Shown here one piece after another: positions 46,687 to 58,600 of a stretch of 64,000 nt of DNA. The DNA lies in assembly GCA_964421955.1 (NCBI GenBank), contig CAYQYU010000001.1:1-64000 (forward strand), in the 5' to 3' direction. The notes beneath the pieces were generated by a model that searched no databases, was not told where the DNA came from, and worked only from the letters and a program-made list of their open reading frames with translations. Origin of the DNA: an uncultured archaeon. Lineage in GTDB: Archaea > Nanohalarchaeota > Nanosalinia > Nanosalinales > Nanosalinaceae. Made by a program: the position numbers and the translations under genes. Each line of letters opens with the position of its first letter. The first letter of the stretch is position 1.

Positions 46687-48546
46687 ATGCCCGAAAATCT
46701 CGATCTAGAAACCATAATATCTCTCATAGAGGGGCCTGTAGACGAGCTGGAGATTTTCGTCGAGTCAAACGATTTGAGAGAGAGCCAGCTCGAGACTCTC
46801 CTGAAGGCGGAAAAGATGGCGGGCAACAGAAGGGAGGTGGTGGAGTACCTCAGAAAGAAGCTCGACCGGGAAGAGAGCCACGGTAACTACACCCAGAAGA
46901 CCATCGGGATACTCAAGGCTGTCCAATACGACGGTGAGGAGCCCAAGCTTGTCCTTGAGATCGATGGCATAAAGTTCGAGCTCGAAAACACTCCCTCACT
47001 ATCATTTGCCAACCACTCCTTTAGGCCGGTACACAAGGGCGAAGAGGACCACCTGAAAGGTCTGGAACTGCTTGAAGGCAGCTCCGGTACCGCCACAGAA
47101 GGACGGTCCAGTAAAAGAAGGGGTACAACCGGATCAGGTACTACTACTTCTGGTCGTGGTAACGATAGAGGTAATGATAGAGGTAGAGAAGCGGGCGCCG
47201 CAGAAAATACTAGAACTGTGGCGGAAAACAGGCGTAGTACGGACGAACTCGAAGACGATCTGGATAGAGCGCTCGAACAGGTCAGGAAAGAAGAGAAAGA
47301 CGGGGAGGAGGAAGAGGATGAAGAACTGCTCGAGGAGATGCGTGAAATAGAGCAGGAGCAGGGAACAGAGCAACTGAGGAACGAGCTTGAGGAGCTTGGA
47401 TACGACCGGGAAGAGCTCGAAGAAATGTCTCTTGAGGAACTCAGGGAGCTAAAAAAGAAAATTGAACACAAGAAGAAGTGGCTCCAGGAAGAACTCGGTG
47501 CCGATCCCGAAATGGTCGAGGGAAAGACTCTGGAAGAGCTGAAATACCTGGAGAAACAGCTGGAGGATCGGCGTGGACTCGTGGAATACCTGGAACAGTA
47601 CGGTTACACGCCGGAAGAACTCGAGGGCAGATCAGCCGACGAACTTGGAGAACTCCTTGAGGAGATGCAGAGGAAGGAAGAAATCCTGGAAGATATCGGG
47701 GTCGAGATGCCCATGGAGGAGTTGAAGGAAATAGATGTAGAAGAACTTGAGGCCATAAGAGACGAGAAAAAGGAGCGCGAAGAACTCATAGAGGAACTCC
47801 AGGAACATGGTCTCGATGAGGATGAGCTGAGAAGCTCCAGCACCAGCGACCTGAAGATGCTGAAACGCGATCTCTCGGGCACCAGCATGCAAGAATACCA
47901 GAACATACTCCGGCAGACACCCCAGCAGATCCAGGAGTCAGTTAATGAAATGGATGACCTTGATCTCGAAAGGTTGCTTGAGCTGGAAAAGCAGGGTCAG
48001 GCCCGCGCCGAAGTGCTAGACTTCCTCCACCGGGAGATAGAGAAGATGGAGGAAAACTACGAGGAAGAGGCCGAGGAAGACCTCGAAATGTTGATGGGCG
48101 CCCGGAACGGGAAAGAAGAGGAGAAAGAGAAGAAAAAGCCGACAGACAGTATAGGCGACAGGATAGCCGACTTCAGGCAGCAGTTCAAGGATGCGTGGGA
48201 CATGAGGACCAGCGCCAACTCCCAGAGCAAAGAGGAGGCCAAGAGAGACCAGAAAGTAATGAACCTGCTTGAAAGATACAGGAGACTCGGTAGAGAGGAA
48301 AGCGCCGTGAAGACCGCACAGGTAATGAAAGGATACCTGGAATACAAGCTCGACATAGAGCACGAGATGACCTACCAGGAACTGGTGGAGAACCTCGGAG
48401 AGGTGGCTGACGAGAACCAGAACATAGGCACACTCATAGACTTCTTCGAGTCGATGCAGAGGCAGGAGTACAGCGGCAACATCACGGCGGACATGGAAAA
48501 TGTTATAGACGCGGCAGAGCAGACAGTAGCGGAGCTACGCGGCTGA
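46687..48546 (+). CDS. Acidic helical-repeat protein
   Basis: Five ~33-aa L...G...EEL.....EEL..L repeats, two E..G..R..V...L motifs, DUF4129-like C-terminus (MTYQEL...EYSG). Confidence 0.75.
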   Translation: MPENLDLETIISLIEGPVDELEIFVESNDLRESQLETLLKAEKMAGNRREVVEYLRKKLDREESHGNYTQKTIGILKAVQYDGEEPKLVLEIDGIKFELENTPSLSFANHSFRPVHKGEEDHLKGLELLEGSSGTATEGRSSKRRGTTGSGTTTSGRGNDRGNDRGREAGAAENTRTVAENRRSTDELEDDLDRALEQVRKEEKDGEEEEDEELLEEMREIEQEQGTEQLRNELEELGYDREELEEMSLEELRELKKKIEHKKKWLQEELGADPEMVEGKTLEELKYLEKQLEDRRGLVEYLEQYGYTPEELEGRSADELGELLEEMQRKEEILEDIGVEMPMEELKEIDVEELEAIRDEKKEREELIEELQEHGLDEDELRSSSTSDLKMLKRDLSGTSMQEYQNILRQTPQQIQESVNEMDDLDLERLLELEKQGQARAEVLDFLHREIEKMEENYEEEAEEDLEMLMGARNGKEEEKEKKKPTDSIGDRIADFRQQFKDAWDMRTSANSQSKEEAKRDQKVMNLLERYRRLGREESAVKTAQVMKGYLEYKLDIEHEMTYQELVENLGEVADENQNIGTLIDFFESMQRQEYSGNITADMENVIDAAEQTVAELRG

Positions 48547-49145
48547 TGCTGCCCGAAGACTACTTAGAGGAGATAGAGGAGGAAGCCCAGGGTAAAGAAA
48601 GACACCTTCTTCTCGGAATAACGGCATTAATGCTTTTCACTGTCTCCTTACTATATCTTGGGCCGCTCCTGCACGAGGTTTCCCATGCAGTCGTGCTCGA
48701 ATCAATAGGATGCGAGTACAGCTTCAAGACCATGAGCAGTTATGAAGGAGTATACGGCGAGGTACAACCTTTATGCACCATGGAAGACATACAGCTCATA
48801 ATCTTCTACCTCATAGGATACGTCAACGTCTTCCTGGCCGGCGCTGTCCCGGGCATCTGGATCCACTTCTCCGAGACAGATCACTGGAAGGAGATTCTCT
48901 ACGGCAGCGCTGGAACTGGTTTCCTGGGCTCGCTACTCCTCAGCATCTCACGGACAGGTGACATACCCAACACTCTCAGGATACTCGGGCTTTCCACAGA
49001 TTACAGCATCCTGGTATCGATCGTGTTTTTCATCATGACCGCAGTCGTGGGATTCAAGCTCCTGGAGATGTTTCTGGCGACTAGAACGGCAGAAGAGATG
49101 CAACAGGAAGGCCGTAGTAGGTCACCACAGAATACATCAGAATGA
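48546..49145 (+). CDS. Membrane zinc metallopeptidase-like protein (M50-like)
   Basis: LLHEVSHA within a hydrophobic segment, downstream GD, several TMs. Confidence 0.7.
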   Translation: MLPEDYLEEIEEEAQGKERHLLLGITALMLFTVSLLYLGPLLHEVSHAVVLESIGCEYSFKTMSSYEGVYGEVQPLCTMEDIQLIIFYLIGYVNVFLAGAVPGIWIHFSETDHWKEILYGSAGTGFLGSLLLSISRTGDIPNTLRILGLSTDYSILVSIVFFIMTAVVGFKLLEMFLATRTAEEMQQEGRSRSPQNTSE

Positions 49146-51708
49146 CTACCTCTCCAAGAATCAGGCCAATAAACGACAGCTTGACCGCAGGGGATTCAAG
49201 TTCATAACGCCTGCTAAGGACTGCGTAGGCAACAAGAAGTGCGGTCCAGACAACCGCTATCAGCGGCACTCTCTGCTCCTCGGGTATTAGACCTGGCTCC
49301 GGTATGACAGTTACTTCCATGCGTGAAAACGAATAGGCTCCACGATCTGAGGACGCAACAATAGTGGTGTTACAGGAGGTCGTACGTGAGGCCGAGTCTA
49401 TCTCGAGAGTCAGCGAGTCAGTGCCGTTCACCGGTAGCTCGTCTATCTCCGTTGAGCTCGCAGAACCACAGTCATCGATGTTCTGGACTCTGGCAGATAT
49501 TTCCCTTAGATTCCTGTTACCCGTGTTACGTATGAGTATCGGGACTTCCCGGGAATCATTACGCTGTATGTCGATCGAGTTCGGGGCCTCCTCGATAATC
49601 ATCCGGCGGCTGAAGACCTCTGCTGTAACTTCCACGACAAAGTAGTCAAGATCGAGCTGGTTGCCTCCTGACTCCGCCACTACCGGAACAACGTACTCAT
49701 CTGGCTCGGTACCGTTCGACGGCTGAACGAATATCTCCCGCGTAACACTGGAGTTAACCGACAGGTTCTCGACAAGAGCATTCCTGACATTCCAGTCAGA
49801 CTCCAGCTCCTGTATCTTGGGCAGCAGGGATATGTCTGTTATCGGCACGTTGCCCAGGTTCGTGACCTCGAACTCGGCCGCGACGAACTGGCCCTGACCT
49901 GTCGTATATTTTTCTTCCATCGACTCTATGTCCAGCCTCACCACGGGTTCAGGCTCAGGCTCCGGTTCCGGTTCCGGCTCGGGCTCAGGCTCTGGCGTCT
50001 GCCCGGGATTCGGGTTGTTTCCTGGAAGCGACTGGTTAGCAGTCTCTCCTGGATCGGTCACGTTGGCGGGTACAGTCTGGTTCGAGGTCCTGTTTCCAGT
50101 ATTGTTTGCGCCGCCCGTCTCTCCTACTGCAGTAACGATCTCGAAGTTCCCGAAGAACGAGAACTCCTCGATGAACTCGTAGGAGTAATTGCAGCTAGCG
50201 GTGCTGGGAGATAAACTGCTGCACTTCAGCGAGGTATTCCTTATATCTTTCTCCTCCTCCATCAGCGAATAAGTTGCGTTCGAGCCGTCATCCCCGACAT
50301 CGGTCACGTCGACGGTGTAGTCACTTATCCTGTTGCCCTCATAGGCACACTGGCCTCCCTCATCATTCACGGAACCGGTCTCCGAAAGGCAGGAGTAGTC
50401 GTAATTTGTGGATCCGGTGCCGTTGAAAAGAAAGGCGTCAAAGTTTGTGCCGTTAAGAGTAACCTGAGACTCGTAGGCGGTGCTGCCTCCAACCTGCTCG
50501 GAAACCGACTCGGAAGTAGTATTCGTGAAGTTGACAGAGGCAATCTCCGAGGTCACGAAGCTTGAACTCCCGGTGGATATATTGTAGCAGCCGAAAGTCG
50601 AGTCCGAGGTGTCACCGCAGGCGTATTCTGTCTCCAGGTTCGATTTTTCCTCATTCGAATTATCCTGGCCCTCTGCGGCACACGCCGTTGTCACTCCCGA
50701 TCTTCCTGTGTAGTTACCGACCGGATGGTTCGCCTTGAAGAATTCGAAGTAGGTCACAATTTCTCCAATACCAACATTCGAGAACTGGTCGCCCGGATAG
50801 TTCTGTATAACCGGCCCCTTCGGCTGTCCCTTTGCCCAGGCCGTATCACCCTCAGAGGTAACATTGAGATAGTCTATGGTAATATTCGATTCAACGTTCC
50901 CGGAGTTCGAAAGTATCTCGACGAAAATCCCTGTCTTGTTCTGGACGATTTCACCATCTCCAGGAAGCAGGAAGAAGTTGAGGCTGGTGGAACACGATGG
51001 CGCAACCTTCACAGTTACGTTTGTACCACTAGTGCTCCCGTACGCAAATATGGATCCTGAAGCAGTACCTGTTCGGCCACCCATATCGGATGCGTCCAAG
51101 GTGAACGAGTTCTCGCCCTCCTCTTCTGCGGTGGCATCGACCTCGTAAGTGTAGATATCCCCGGACTGGCTGTCAAAATTCATCGGATAAACAGTTCCTG
51201 AACTGTCCATAGTGAGGTTAACAGAATCTATATCGCCACCTGTATCCGTTATATCCGCAGTCACCTCCGCATTCGAACCCTGGGGCACGACTCCTGGAGG
51301 AGTCTCTATGCTGTAGAAATGCGGGGTGTCCGTGGCGACATGTATCGGCAGTGAAGGAGTCACATAACTTCCATTCTCGGAAACATTAGCTGTCGCGGTC
51401 CAGCCGCCGCCGGCTGGATCCGAACCCAGGGTGTAGTTGTACTCGTAGATCTGGTAACTTCCGTTTAACGATCCCGAGACCAGCGTCATTAGCTGTCCAT
51501 CGACCATTTCGGTACCGTTAGAAGCCGTGAGAGTCAGGCTCGCGTTAGATGAATCGGAGGCGTTGACCTGGAAAGTTACCGCCTCGCCCGACTCAAATAT
51601 GTCCTCAGAGGCACCGTCCAGGTATGAGTCAAAGTTTTCTACAGTCAGGCCCGACACGAGGGAAAGCATCAGGATCGGTATTAGAGCATATAGTAGCTTC
51701 CTAGACAA
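49081..51708 (-). CDS. Secreted multi-Ig surface glycoprotein with Pro-Glu linker and C-terminal TM pair
   Basis: Signal peptide; Cys-containing beta domains; (PE)8 linker; two NEW3/CARDB-like domains (V.NLGN, IRNTGN). Confidence 0.8.
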   Translation of the reverse strand: MSRKLLYALIPILMLSLVSGLTVENFDSYLDGASEDIFESGEAVTFQVNASDSSNASLTLTASNGTEMVDGQLMTLVSGSLNGSYQIYEYNYTLGSDPAGGGWTATANVSENGSYVTPSLPIHVATDTPHFYSIETPPGVVPQGSNAEVTADITDTGGDIDSVNLTMDSSGTVYPMNFDSQSGDIYTYEVDATAEEEGENSFTLDASDMGGRTGTASGSIFAYGSTSGTNVTVKVAPSCSTSLNFFLLPGDGEIVQNKTGIFVEILSNSGNVESNITIDYLNVTSEGDTAWAKGQPKGPVIQNYPGDQFSNVGIGEIVTYFEFFKANHPVGNYTGRSGVTTACAAEGQDNSNEEKSNLETEYACGDTSDSTFGCYNISTGSSSFVTSEIASVNFTNTTSESVSEQVGGSTAYESQVTLNGTNFDAFLFNGTGSTNYDYSCLSETGSVNDEGGQCAYEGNRISDYTVDVTDVGDDGSNATYSLMEEEKDIRNTSLKCSSLSPSTASCNYSYEFIEEFSFFGNFEIVTAVGETGGANNTGNRTSNQTVPANVTDPGETANQSLPGNNPNPGQTPEPEPEPEPEPEPEPEPVVRLDIESMEEKYTTGQGQFVAAEFEVTNLGNVPITDISLLPKIQELESDWNVRNALVENLSVNSSVTREIFVQPSNGTEPDEYVVPVVAESGGNQLDLDYFVVEVTAEVFSRRMIIEEAPNSIDIQRNDSREVPILIRNTGNRNLREISARVQNIDDCGSASSTEIDELPVNGTDSLTLEIDSASRTTSCNTTIVASSDRGAYSFSRMEVTVIPEPGLIPEEQRVPLIAVVWTALLVAYAVLSRRYELESPAVKLSFIGLILGEVVILMYSVVTYYGLPVASLLPF
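49945..49995. repeat. Degenerate 6-bp tandem repeat encoding (PE)8P
   Basis: Eight NGGYTC units on the + strand. Confidence 0.9.
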
Positions 51709-52618
51709 AGCCTATCACCCTGAACAGGTATACAGTGGACATCATGAACGCTATCATAAGGATGAAGGTCATGTAGTTGGCGCCTATTGACTGGAAGAAT
51801 TCTCCTGTAGTCCTGCTCGCGGGCTTGCTGCTCTCCTCGGTGCTCTCTTCACCATCTTCGGACCTGACTATATCGTAGTCCTCTGAACTATCCTCCTGAT
51901 CACTATCCTGTTCAACAGTCACATTCTGGTCCTGCCCGGAACTTTCCTGCGAATTCCCACCGAGTAAGCCTCCTGCCGCGCCCTGGAGAGCACTTCCCGC
52001 GCTACTTATTCCCTGCTGTACCGACTGGGTAATTCCTACGGGCTGTGTCTCCGGGTTAAGTGCGGAGTCTGTCGTGGATCTTCCGGACTCTGGAGTCTGG
52101 GGGTTCGTACTCGGGCTCCTCGCCTTCACCGTGAAACGGTAGCTCCGGACCTGTGAAAGCGTCTGGACTATGTCTCCTCCAGAGTTTCCTTCCGCCGGGC
52201 TGGCCTTCATATCGACCCTGAACTCGAAGTCGCTCGTGGATCTCTCCCTGTCTACAAACGCCCTGACCGGGATTTTCCTGACCTTGACGTATCTCTCCCC
52301 GTCAAGCAGGAACCAGTTGCCGTCGCCCGAGGGATTCTCTGTAACTTCCGAGGGTTCGATAACTATCGAGTCATCGTGGACCATCCTTATGCCGCTCCCT
52401 CCTTTTAGCACCGTCGAACTCACCTGGAGTTCAAGCGGCTCGTTACCGAGGTTGAAAACTCCTATCTCGAAGCTGGCGTCGCCGTCCCTGATCGTCTTCG
52501 TATCCTCCGAGGCGAAGCTTCCGAAAGAGGAAGCTGAGACCGACACAGCCAGGACTGTGACCAGCGATAGTAGTACCAGATACTTCCGGAGTTTCATTCC
52601 TAGTTTAATTTGTGGCAT
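51701..52618 (-). CDS. Secreted single-Ig protein with disordered stalk and TGEF-TM anchor
   Basis: Signal peptide; FNLG.EPL Ig strand; S/E/Q-rich stalk; RTTGEFF plus TM. Confidence 0.75.
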   Translation of the reverse strand: MPQIKLGMKLRKYLVLLSLVTVLAVSVSASSFGSFASEDTKTIRDGDASFEIGVFNLGNEPLELQVSSTVLKGGSGIRMVHDDSIVIEPSEVTENPSGDGNWFLLDGERYVKVRKIPVRAFVDRERSTSDFEFRVDMKASPAEGNSGGDIVQTLSQVRSYRFTVKARSPSTNPQTPESGRSTTDSALNPETQPVGITQSVQQGISSAGSALQGAAGGLLGGNSQESSGQDQNVTVEQDSDQEDSSEDYDIVRSEDGEESTEESSKPASRTTGEFFQSIGANYMTFILMIAFMMSTVYLFRVIGFV

Positions 52619-55600
52619 TCACCTTTATTGTTATATTCCCTCTATAGAGACCGGCAGCCTTTCCGTACGGTATCTCCTGGAAGTAACACTGGGTAAAGTT
52701 GTCTCCAGAGTCCAGGTAGTTCAGGACCTGGCCGAAGGTCTTGCTGAGCTTCTGGGAGGCCGCGTAGCTGCAGCTCGGCTTCAGACTCCAGGTCGTGTTT
52801 TCAGGTCCGAACCTCCTGTAGCTTGGCGACGGGTTAACTGTGTTGTTGAAACCTGTCGATTTTATCCAGACACCACCGCTCGCATCGTTCGAGTTCTCAT
52901 CGAGCTCCGCGTAGTAGCTGCCGCCCGAGTTGCCTGGAGCGTTCACGACCTGGCCAGGATCGTTCTGCGGGAACTGTATACTGCTGTAATTGACGTTGAA
53001 TATCAGCACGAGGTCGATACCGACCTCCCTGTCCGCGGTGTCGTTCACCTGTGTCTGGCTGCCGTCCATGCTGACGTCAATTGCGTGGAGTGAGTCCTGG
53101 GCTCCTGTCGCATTAACTTCCCAGGTGGTAAAGCAGGTCTCCCCTACCTGGAGATCGCCGGAGCAGCTCTTTGTATTCGAATTAACGGTGTGGAACGGTG
53201 TGCCAGATCCTGACGGTATCGCAGTATCCGCAGAAGTTCCCGAGTCATTGTACCTGAGCGTTGCATCGACCGAGCCACAGTTCTGGTTCTGGCAGTTTAT
53301 CGAGACGTTTGCCGTGAAAGTCCTGTTCTGCGCCACAGTTGTGCTTGAAGGAGGCTCGACCAGCTGTCCGTACAGCTCTCCGTTAGCCTCGGTCAGGAAT
53401 ACCGGTGTCTCCGACTCGTTGTTGTTCGACACGTGATAGTAGAGACTGTCCTGGTCGGTAACGTTACAGCCAGCGTTGTACTGTCCTGTCGCAAATCCTG
53501 TGGTATCCCAGCTCCAGGTCGCGTTTGCCGTTGCAGTGGTCGAGTTGGTTCCCAGCACCCAGGTATCCGTTGCGTTGTACACGAAGAATTCTACCGGGTA
53601 CGATGTGATGTTCTTGCCGCTTTTCGTGTCATATACGCCGCATGCGAAGGTTGGTTCCGATCCCGTGGCGAAGCTCTGGTTGAAAAGAGGCTCGTCGAGC
53701 TTGACCTCCGAGAAGCCGAATACTTCTAGCGTGACATTGTCCTCGCCGTCCGCGAAATTGGTCTTGGTGGCTGTCACATCTATCCTTTCATTACCTGCCT
53801 CTCCTCCTACAGTCCAGGTGGCGTTCTCTCCGGCCGCGATGTCATTTGTTGAATTGCTCCAGGTAACGTTGTCAGGCGTAACCGGATCCGAACCATCGTT
53901 AGTGGTGGAGTTCAGCCAGACCGTGTCGCCCTTGAAGACCTGTGTTCCGTTTGCCGGACTCAGTATCGTGGTGTTCAGTTCTGCGGTTAATGTTATGGTC
54001 TCGGAGGCCGTGGTCTGTTCGGCCTGGTAATGAAGCTCACTGGAGTCGGTAATAACACAGCTCATGTCCTCGTCTCCCGCAGTTTCGGAGCTCGCGTCCC
54101 AGTTGTATATTGCAGCGCCTGTGGAGTTGGTCTCGTTGCTCCCGAGGAATCCTTCCTCATCGTAGAAGTCCACGCTGTAGTTCGCCACGGGGTTGCTGGT
54201 GTCTACGTCGTTGACGCTGCACTGTAGCCGTACCTGTCCGACTCCGACATTTCCTGTCGGTGAGTCCCAGTTGACTCCTGCTCTACCAGTTACATTGAAC
54301 TTCAGGAAGTTGAGGGTGTCGTTCCAGTTGTCGAAGTTGTCGGACGCTTCCAGCTTTGCGAAGTGGGTTCCCACAGTCCATGAGGAGTCAACACCGATGG
54401 TGTAGTTGGTGTAGTTCTCGGGGTAAGGTCCTGGATTGATGAACTCGTTGACTGTCGAGGTCTCGTTGTAGAGCACTGTTGAATTGTCAATGGTTTCATT
54501 CCACTGCGCAAATACCTTGAGGCCGTATTCCTCTCCCCTGACTATCTCTGTATCGTTGAGACCGTAGATTCCGTTCTCAATCTTTGGAGCATCCACGTCC
54601 GCGCCCGGTGAAGCCGTAGTAAGCGTATCGGTGCCGTTCGGAACCGTGGCCCTGTAGTAACGTGTCAGGTTGTCATCAATGCTACAGGTTATGTCTTCGT
54701 CACCCGTTGTAGGATCTGTGAAGCTGAACTGGGCCCATCCGTCGCTCTCGGTCCTGTTAGTGCCCATCAGCCCTGTGGAGTTGTAGAACTCGACCTGGTA
54801 GTTGTCGATTCCCGAGCCGCTGTCCCTGTCGATTACTCTGCACTCCATCGTGGCCTGGTTGTCGACAATTATCGTGTTGTCGACCAGCTCTGCCTCGGAT
54901 ATATTCACTCCTCCCCAGACTTCGATAGTCCTAGTAGGCGTCGTATTGTAGTTATGCGAGGTATCCCTGCCGTACTGCCTCCAGCCATAGACTCCAGGTG
55001 TAAGCGTGGAGGAGAACTGGTAGCTGAAGTTGGCCCAGTCGTTGGTTCCCGAGAGGGATAGCGTCGATTCATTCTGGAACGTTCCTGATGTATTTATAGA
55101 GAGCGTGGAGTCATCTAGCTCGAAGTTGTCGGTCCATCTCGCGAACAGGTTGACTGTATCGGTCTTGTTGACCTCGGACCGGTTCTCTCCGATATCGAAG
55201 AAGTTCGGATGCTCGAATTCAAGCTCCTCGAGCGTGAAGGTCTCCTCGTTGTCTGGATGTGTCTTGTAGTATCTCGCGTTATCCTCAGTAATGTTACAGG
55301 TGAGAGTCTCAACTCCTGGACTGTTGTCCCTGTAGTTCGCGGTCGCCCATCCCGTCGAGTTGGTCTGCTTCGTTGCGATCAGTCCCGACTCGTTGTAGAA
55401 CTTGACGTCGTAGTTGTCGATCGCGTTTCCTACAGTGGTGTCCTCGACGTAGCATCCTACGGTGATCGCGTTTCTTTCCACATTGCTCTCCACCGAAGTC
55501 GAGGGCTCGCTGTCCGCATGCTTCCTGTGGAACAGGAATCCGTTAGGTATCACGCTGTACGAACCGTTCGAAGGCGTATTCCATCCACCACGCCACATGT

Positions 55601-58600
55601 CTCCCCCCGTGGCTTCTTCGTGCCTGTAGTCGTAGCGGTAGAATCCCTGCTGGAGACCTATTGTACCACTGTTCGAGCTTCCCGTGAAGCTTCCCGACGC
55701 TGCGTGGCCCCCGTACCAGTTCGCGACGTTCGTGCCTCCGATGCTAGACTTCCTCGAGGTACCGTTTATGTGTACATCGGAAGCATCGTCTGAATCTGTT
55801 CCGAAGCCGTAAGTTCCTGCCTCTGGCGCCAGTAGCCATCCCTCCAGGTAGGTTAGATAGTTGTCGTCCGCTCCAAACAGATTGCAGTTACCATTTGTCG
55901 CATTATCCTCACAGGTCGGTCTTGGCTGGGCATCCCATCCGTCCCGTCCCGAGTAATCGACTGCGGAGAACAGACTGTCCATACCTGACTCGTCGCCTGC
56001 GTTCGAAGAGTGGCCGTCCTGCCACTGTGTCAGCCAGAGCCCGGAGTCAAGCACCGCCTTGCCGTCGCTTGCATCAGTGGCGTTCGAATTATTGTAGTAG
56101 ACGTAGAGTGTCTCGTTCGAGGAGGCCTCTATCTCGGGAATTCTAACCCATGTATACGCCCATTCACCGTTCCTGCTCATCTTTCTCTCTATCCAGTGGT
56201 CGACCTCTTCCTCGATTCCAGAGGAGTTGACCCAGCTGAACCTCAGGTCTGAGAAGTTGTTCGACATGTTGGGGTTGTAGGAGACGTTCACCGGGACCTG
56301 GTAGTCCGTGAGCGACGAACCGCCTGTGTTGTCCACGGTTATCGGCTTCCTGTATTCCCAGTTCTGGTAGAGGCTAAAGTCTCCGTCCTTGTAGCCGTCG
56401 CTTATCCTTGCCTCACCGAATATACCTACCTTCTTGTACTCGAGGCTTGCGTTGAGATTGTCCTGTAGGTCAGCAGCGTAGAGCTTTGCGAAATGAATAC
56501 CGCGGGCCCAGGCGTTCGTGGTCGAAATCGTGTGGTTAGTCCAGTACTCCGGATTAGGACTTGGAAGGTTTACAGTATCGTTCGAGAGCAGCGGAGTCGT
56601 CGAGTTGTACTCTGCGTCCGCATCTCCTATTGACTCGTCCCATCTCGCAAAGATCTTGAAGCTATTGCCTCTTATGACATCGAGGCTACTGACGTTGTAG
56701 ATACCGTTGAACAGGTTTGGAGGCTCGCTGTCAGGCACCAGTACATCGAATATTGAGTAGTCGTCGCGGATAAACAACGGATCCTCAATATGGAAGTTGA
56801 CCTGTCTGCGGTCGCTCGAGGTTCCTGTGGCATTGAAAATGTAGTAGAACTCGGCGCTTTCTCCAGGATCCACCTTTCCACCGTTCGCCCCGGTATCCCA
56901 CTCGACTGCTCCGGAGGAGAAGGTTCCTCCCTCGAATCTCGTATCCGTCCTGGTCGAGGTGTTGCTGTACCAGATGTTATCAACTGTATCTAAATCCCAT
57001 CCCGGGTTCAGGTCCTCGTGTGTCAGGTTGACATCCGACAGCTGCCATGACGTACCGCTCGACGCCAGGTTCTCGACCTCCACCTCGACGCGGTAGGTCT
57101 CATTATTGAACAGAGTAAATGTGGTGTTCGTACCGCTTCCCATGATATCATCAGTGTATATCCTCTGGTTGGGATTTCCTGTGACGTTGTAGACCGAGAT
57201 CTCAGTGATGTTAACCTGGATTTCCGGTGAGGTAATATTGAACTCGTAGTTGTCCTGGATACTGCCGTCTTTATCGATCAACACGTTGCCCCTTCTGTCA
57301 GTTAATCTTGCGTTGACCCTGTAACGGCCGGCATCGTAGCGATCCGTGTAGAAAGGATCGCTGTTCCAGATGCTGGCAAGGTCTAGCGCCCTGAACTTAT
57401 CAATATTCCTCTCTGTCCCTGTGGCACTATCGTTGACCACTACCTCGAGTTCCTGCCAGCCAGACCCGGTGTATTCCTCGACAGTCATGAGGCTGTAGCC
57501 CCTGAAGTCCGTTCCGTCCCTATTCTTGACCAGCGATCCGTACTGTTTCTGCTCTCCTCCCTTCGAGACTGTCGGGTCAGTCTGCGATGCCTGTCTCATC
57601 TGCTTCCAGCCGAACAGCGAGGTCTCGTCCTCATCTCCTTCCTCGTCGTAGTAAGGCCATACAGGTCTGTCACATTCGACCTCCCAGCCGCCCGTGGTGA
57701 AAGTGTTGCCATTGCCTGTACCGAACTCCACCTTGTAGACTCCATTAGTTCCGGAAGCGGATGTTGTCGCGAAGTTCGAGTCGCTCTCAAACTCACATGT
57801 CGTGTCCTCGTAAGGGGTGGCCGCAACTATGTAAAATGCAGGCAGCGACGAGCCGAACTCGGTGGTCATCTCGCTCTCCGGAGCGAAGGTCGTTGACTCA
57901 GTTCCGGCACTGTCTGCCTGCTGTATCGCGCCGATCGGATTGTCGGTGCTGTTGACCATGTATGCCGGTGCAGTTCCAGTACCCGAGAAAGCGTCAGTAA
58001 ATTCGCTGTCAGCCCCGATTGACTGGCTGCTGGAGGCTCCGTTGCTTCCCCTGAGCTCGATGCTTGCGCCCGATGGTCCTGCCCCCACATAGAGATTGGC
58101 TGATGGAACCCCGTATACAGGATCGGTGGTGGCGTTGTACATCAGGAACGCGTCCTCGCCATCGCTTGAAAGATGCTGGGCGATTACCGGGAGGTCGCTC
58201 GTAACTCTCACAGGGTTACCATCCGTTATATCCTGGTCGACACAGTTTCCTGAAGAGTCCGCGGTTCCTGTCCAGACAGTGCTTCCTCCATCCTCTATAT
58301 CAATATTTGCGGTGCCGTACGGGGAGACGAAGCAGAACCTGTCGGTGCCTCTCATACCTCCGTAGACAAACTCGGTGCCTGACCAAGACGCGGGCGATAT
58401 GACCGTATCGGTGTCACCGGTTCCCTCTGCCTGGACTAAACCTTCGGCGCTGACGTTTGTATCTATGTCGATGCCCGAACTCACCGTCACGGAGTCGGTC
58501 TCGTTCAGTAGGTAGGTGTTCGAGCCAACCTTTACGGTGTTATTGTCCACCATGCTCTGGATCGCAAGGCCGTTCGAGGCCGTGATATTGCTTGTGACGT

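Noticed and set aside
49945-49995. Tandem repeat as CRISPR or contingency locus
   Set aside because: Synonymously diverged in-frame 6-mers encoding a Pro-Glu linker; no spacers.
52170-53093. 307-aa plus-strand ORF and the many other antisense ORFs in the track
   Set aside because: Antisense to supported genes; the S/F/L-rich composition mirrors acidic codons on the other strand.
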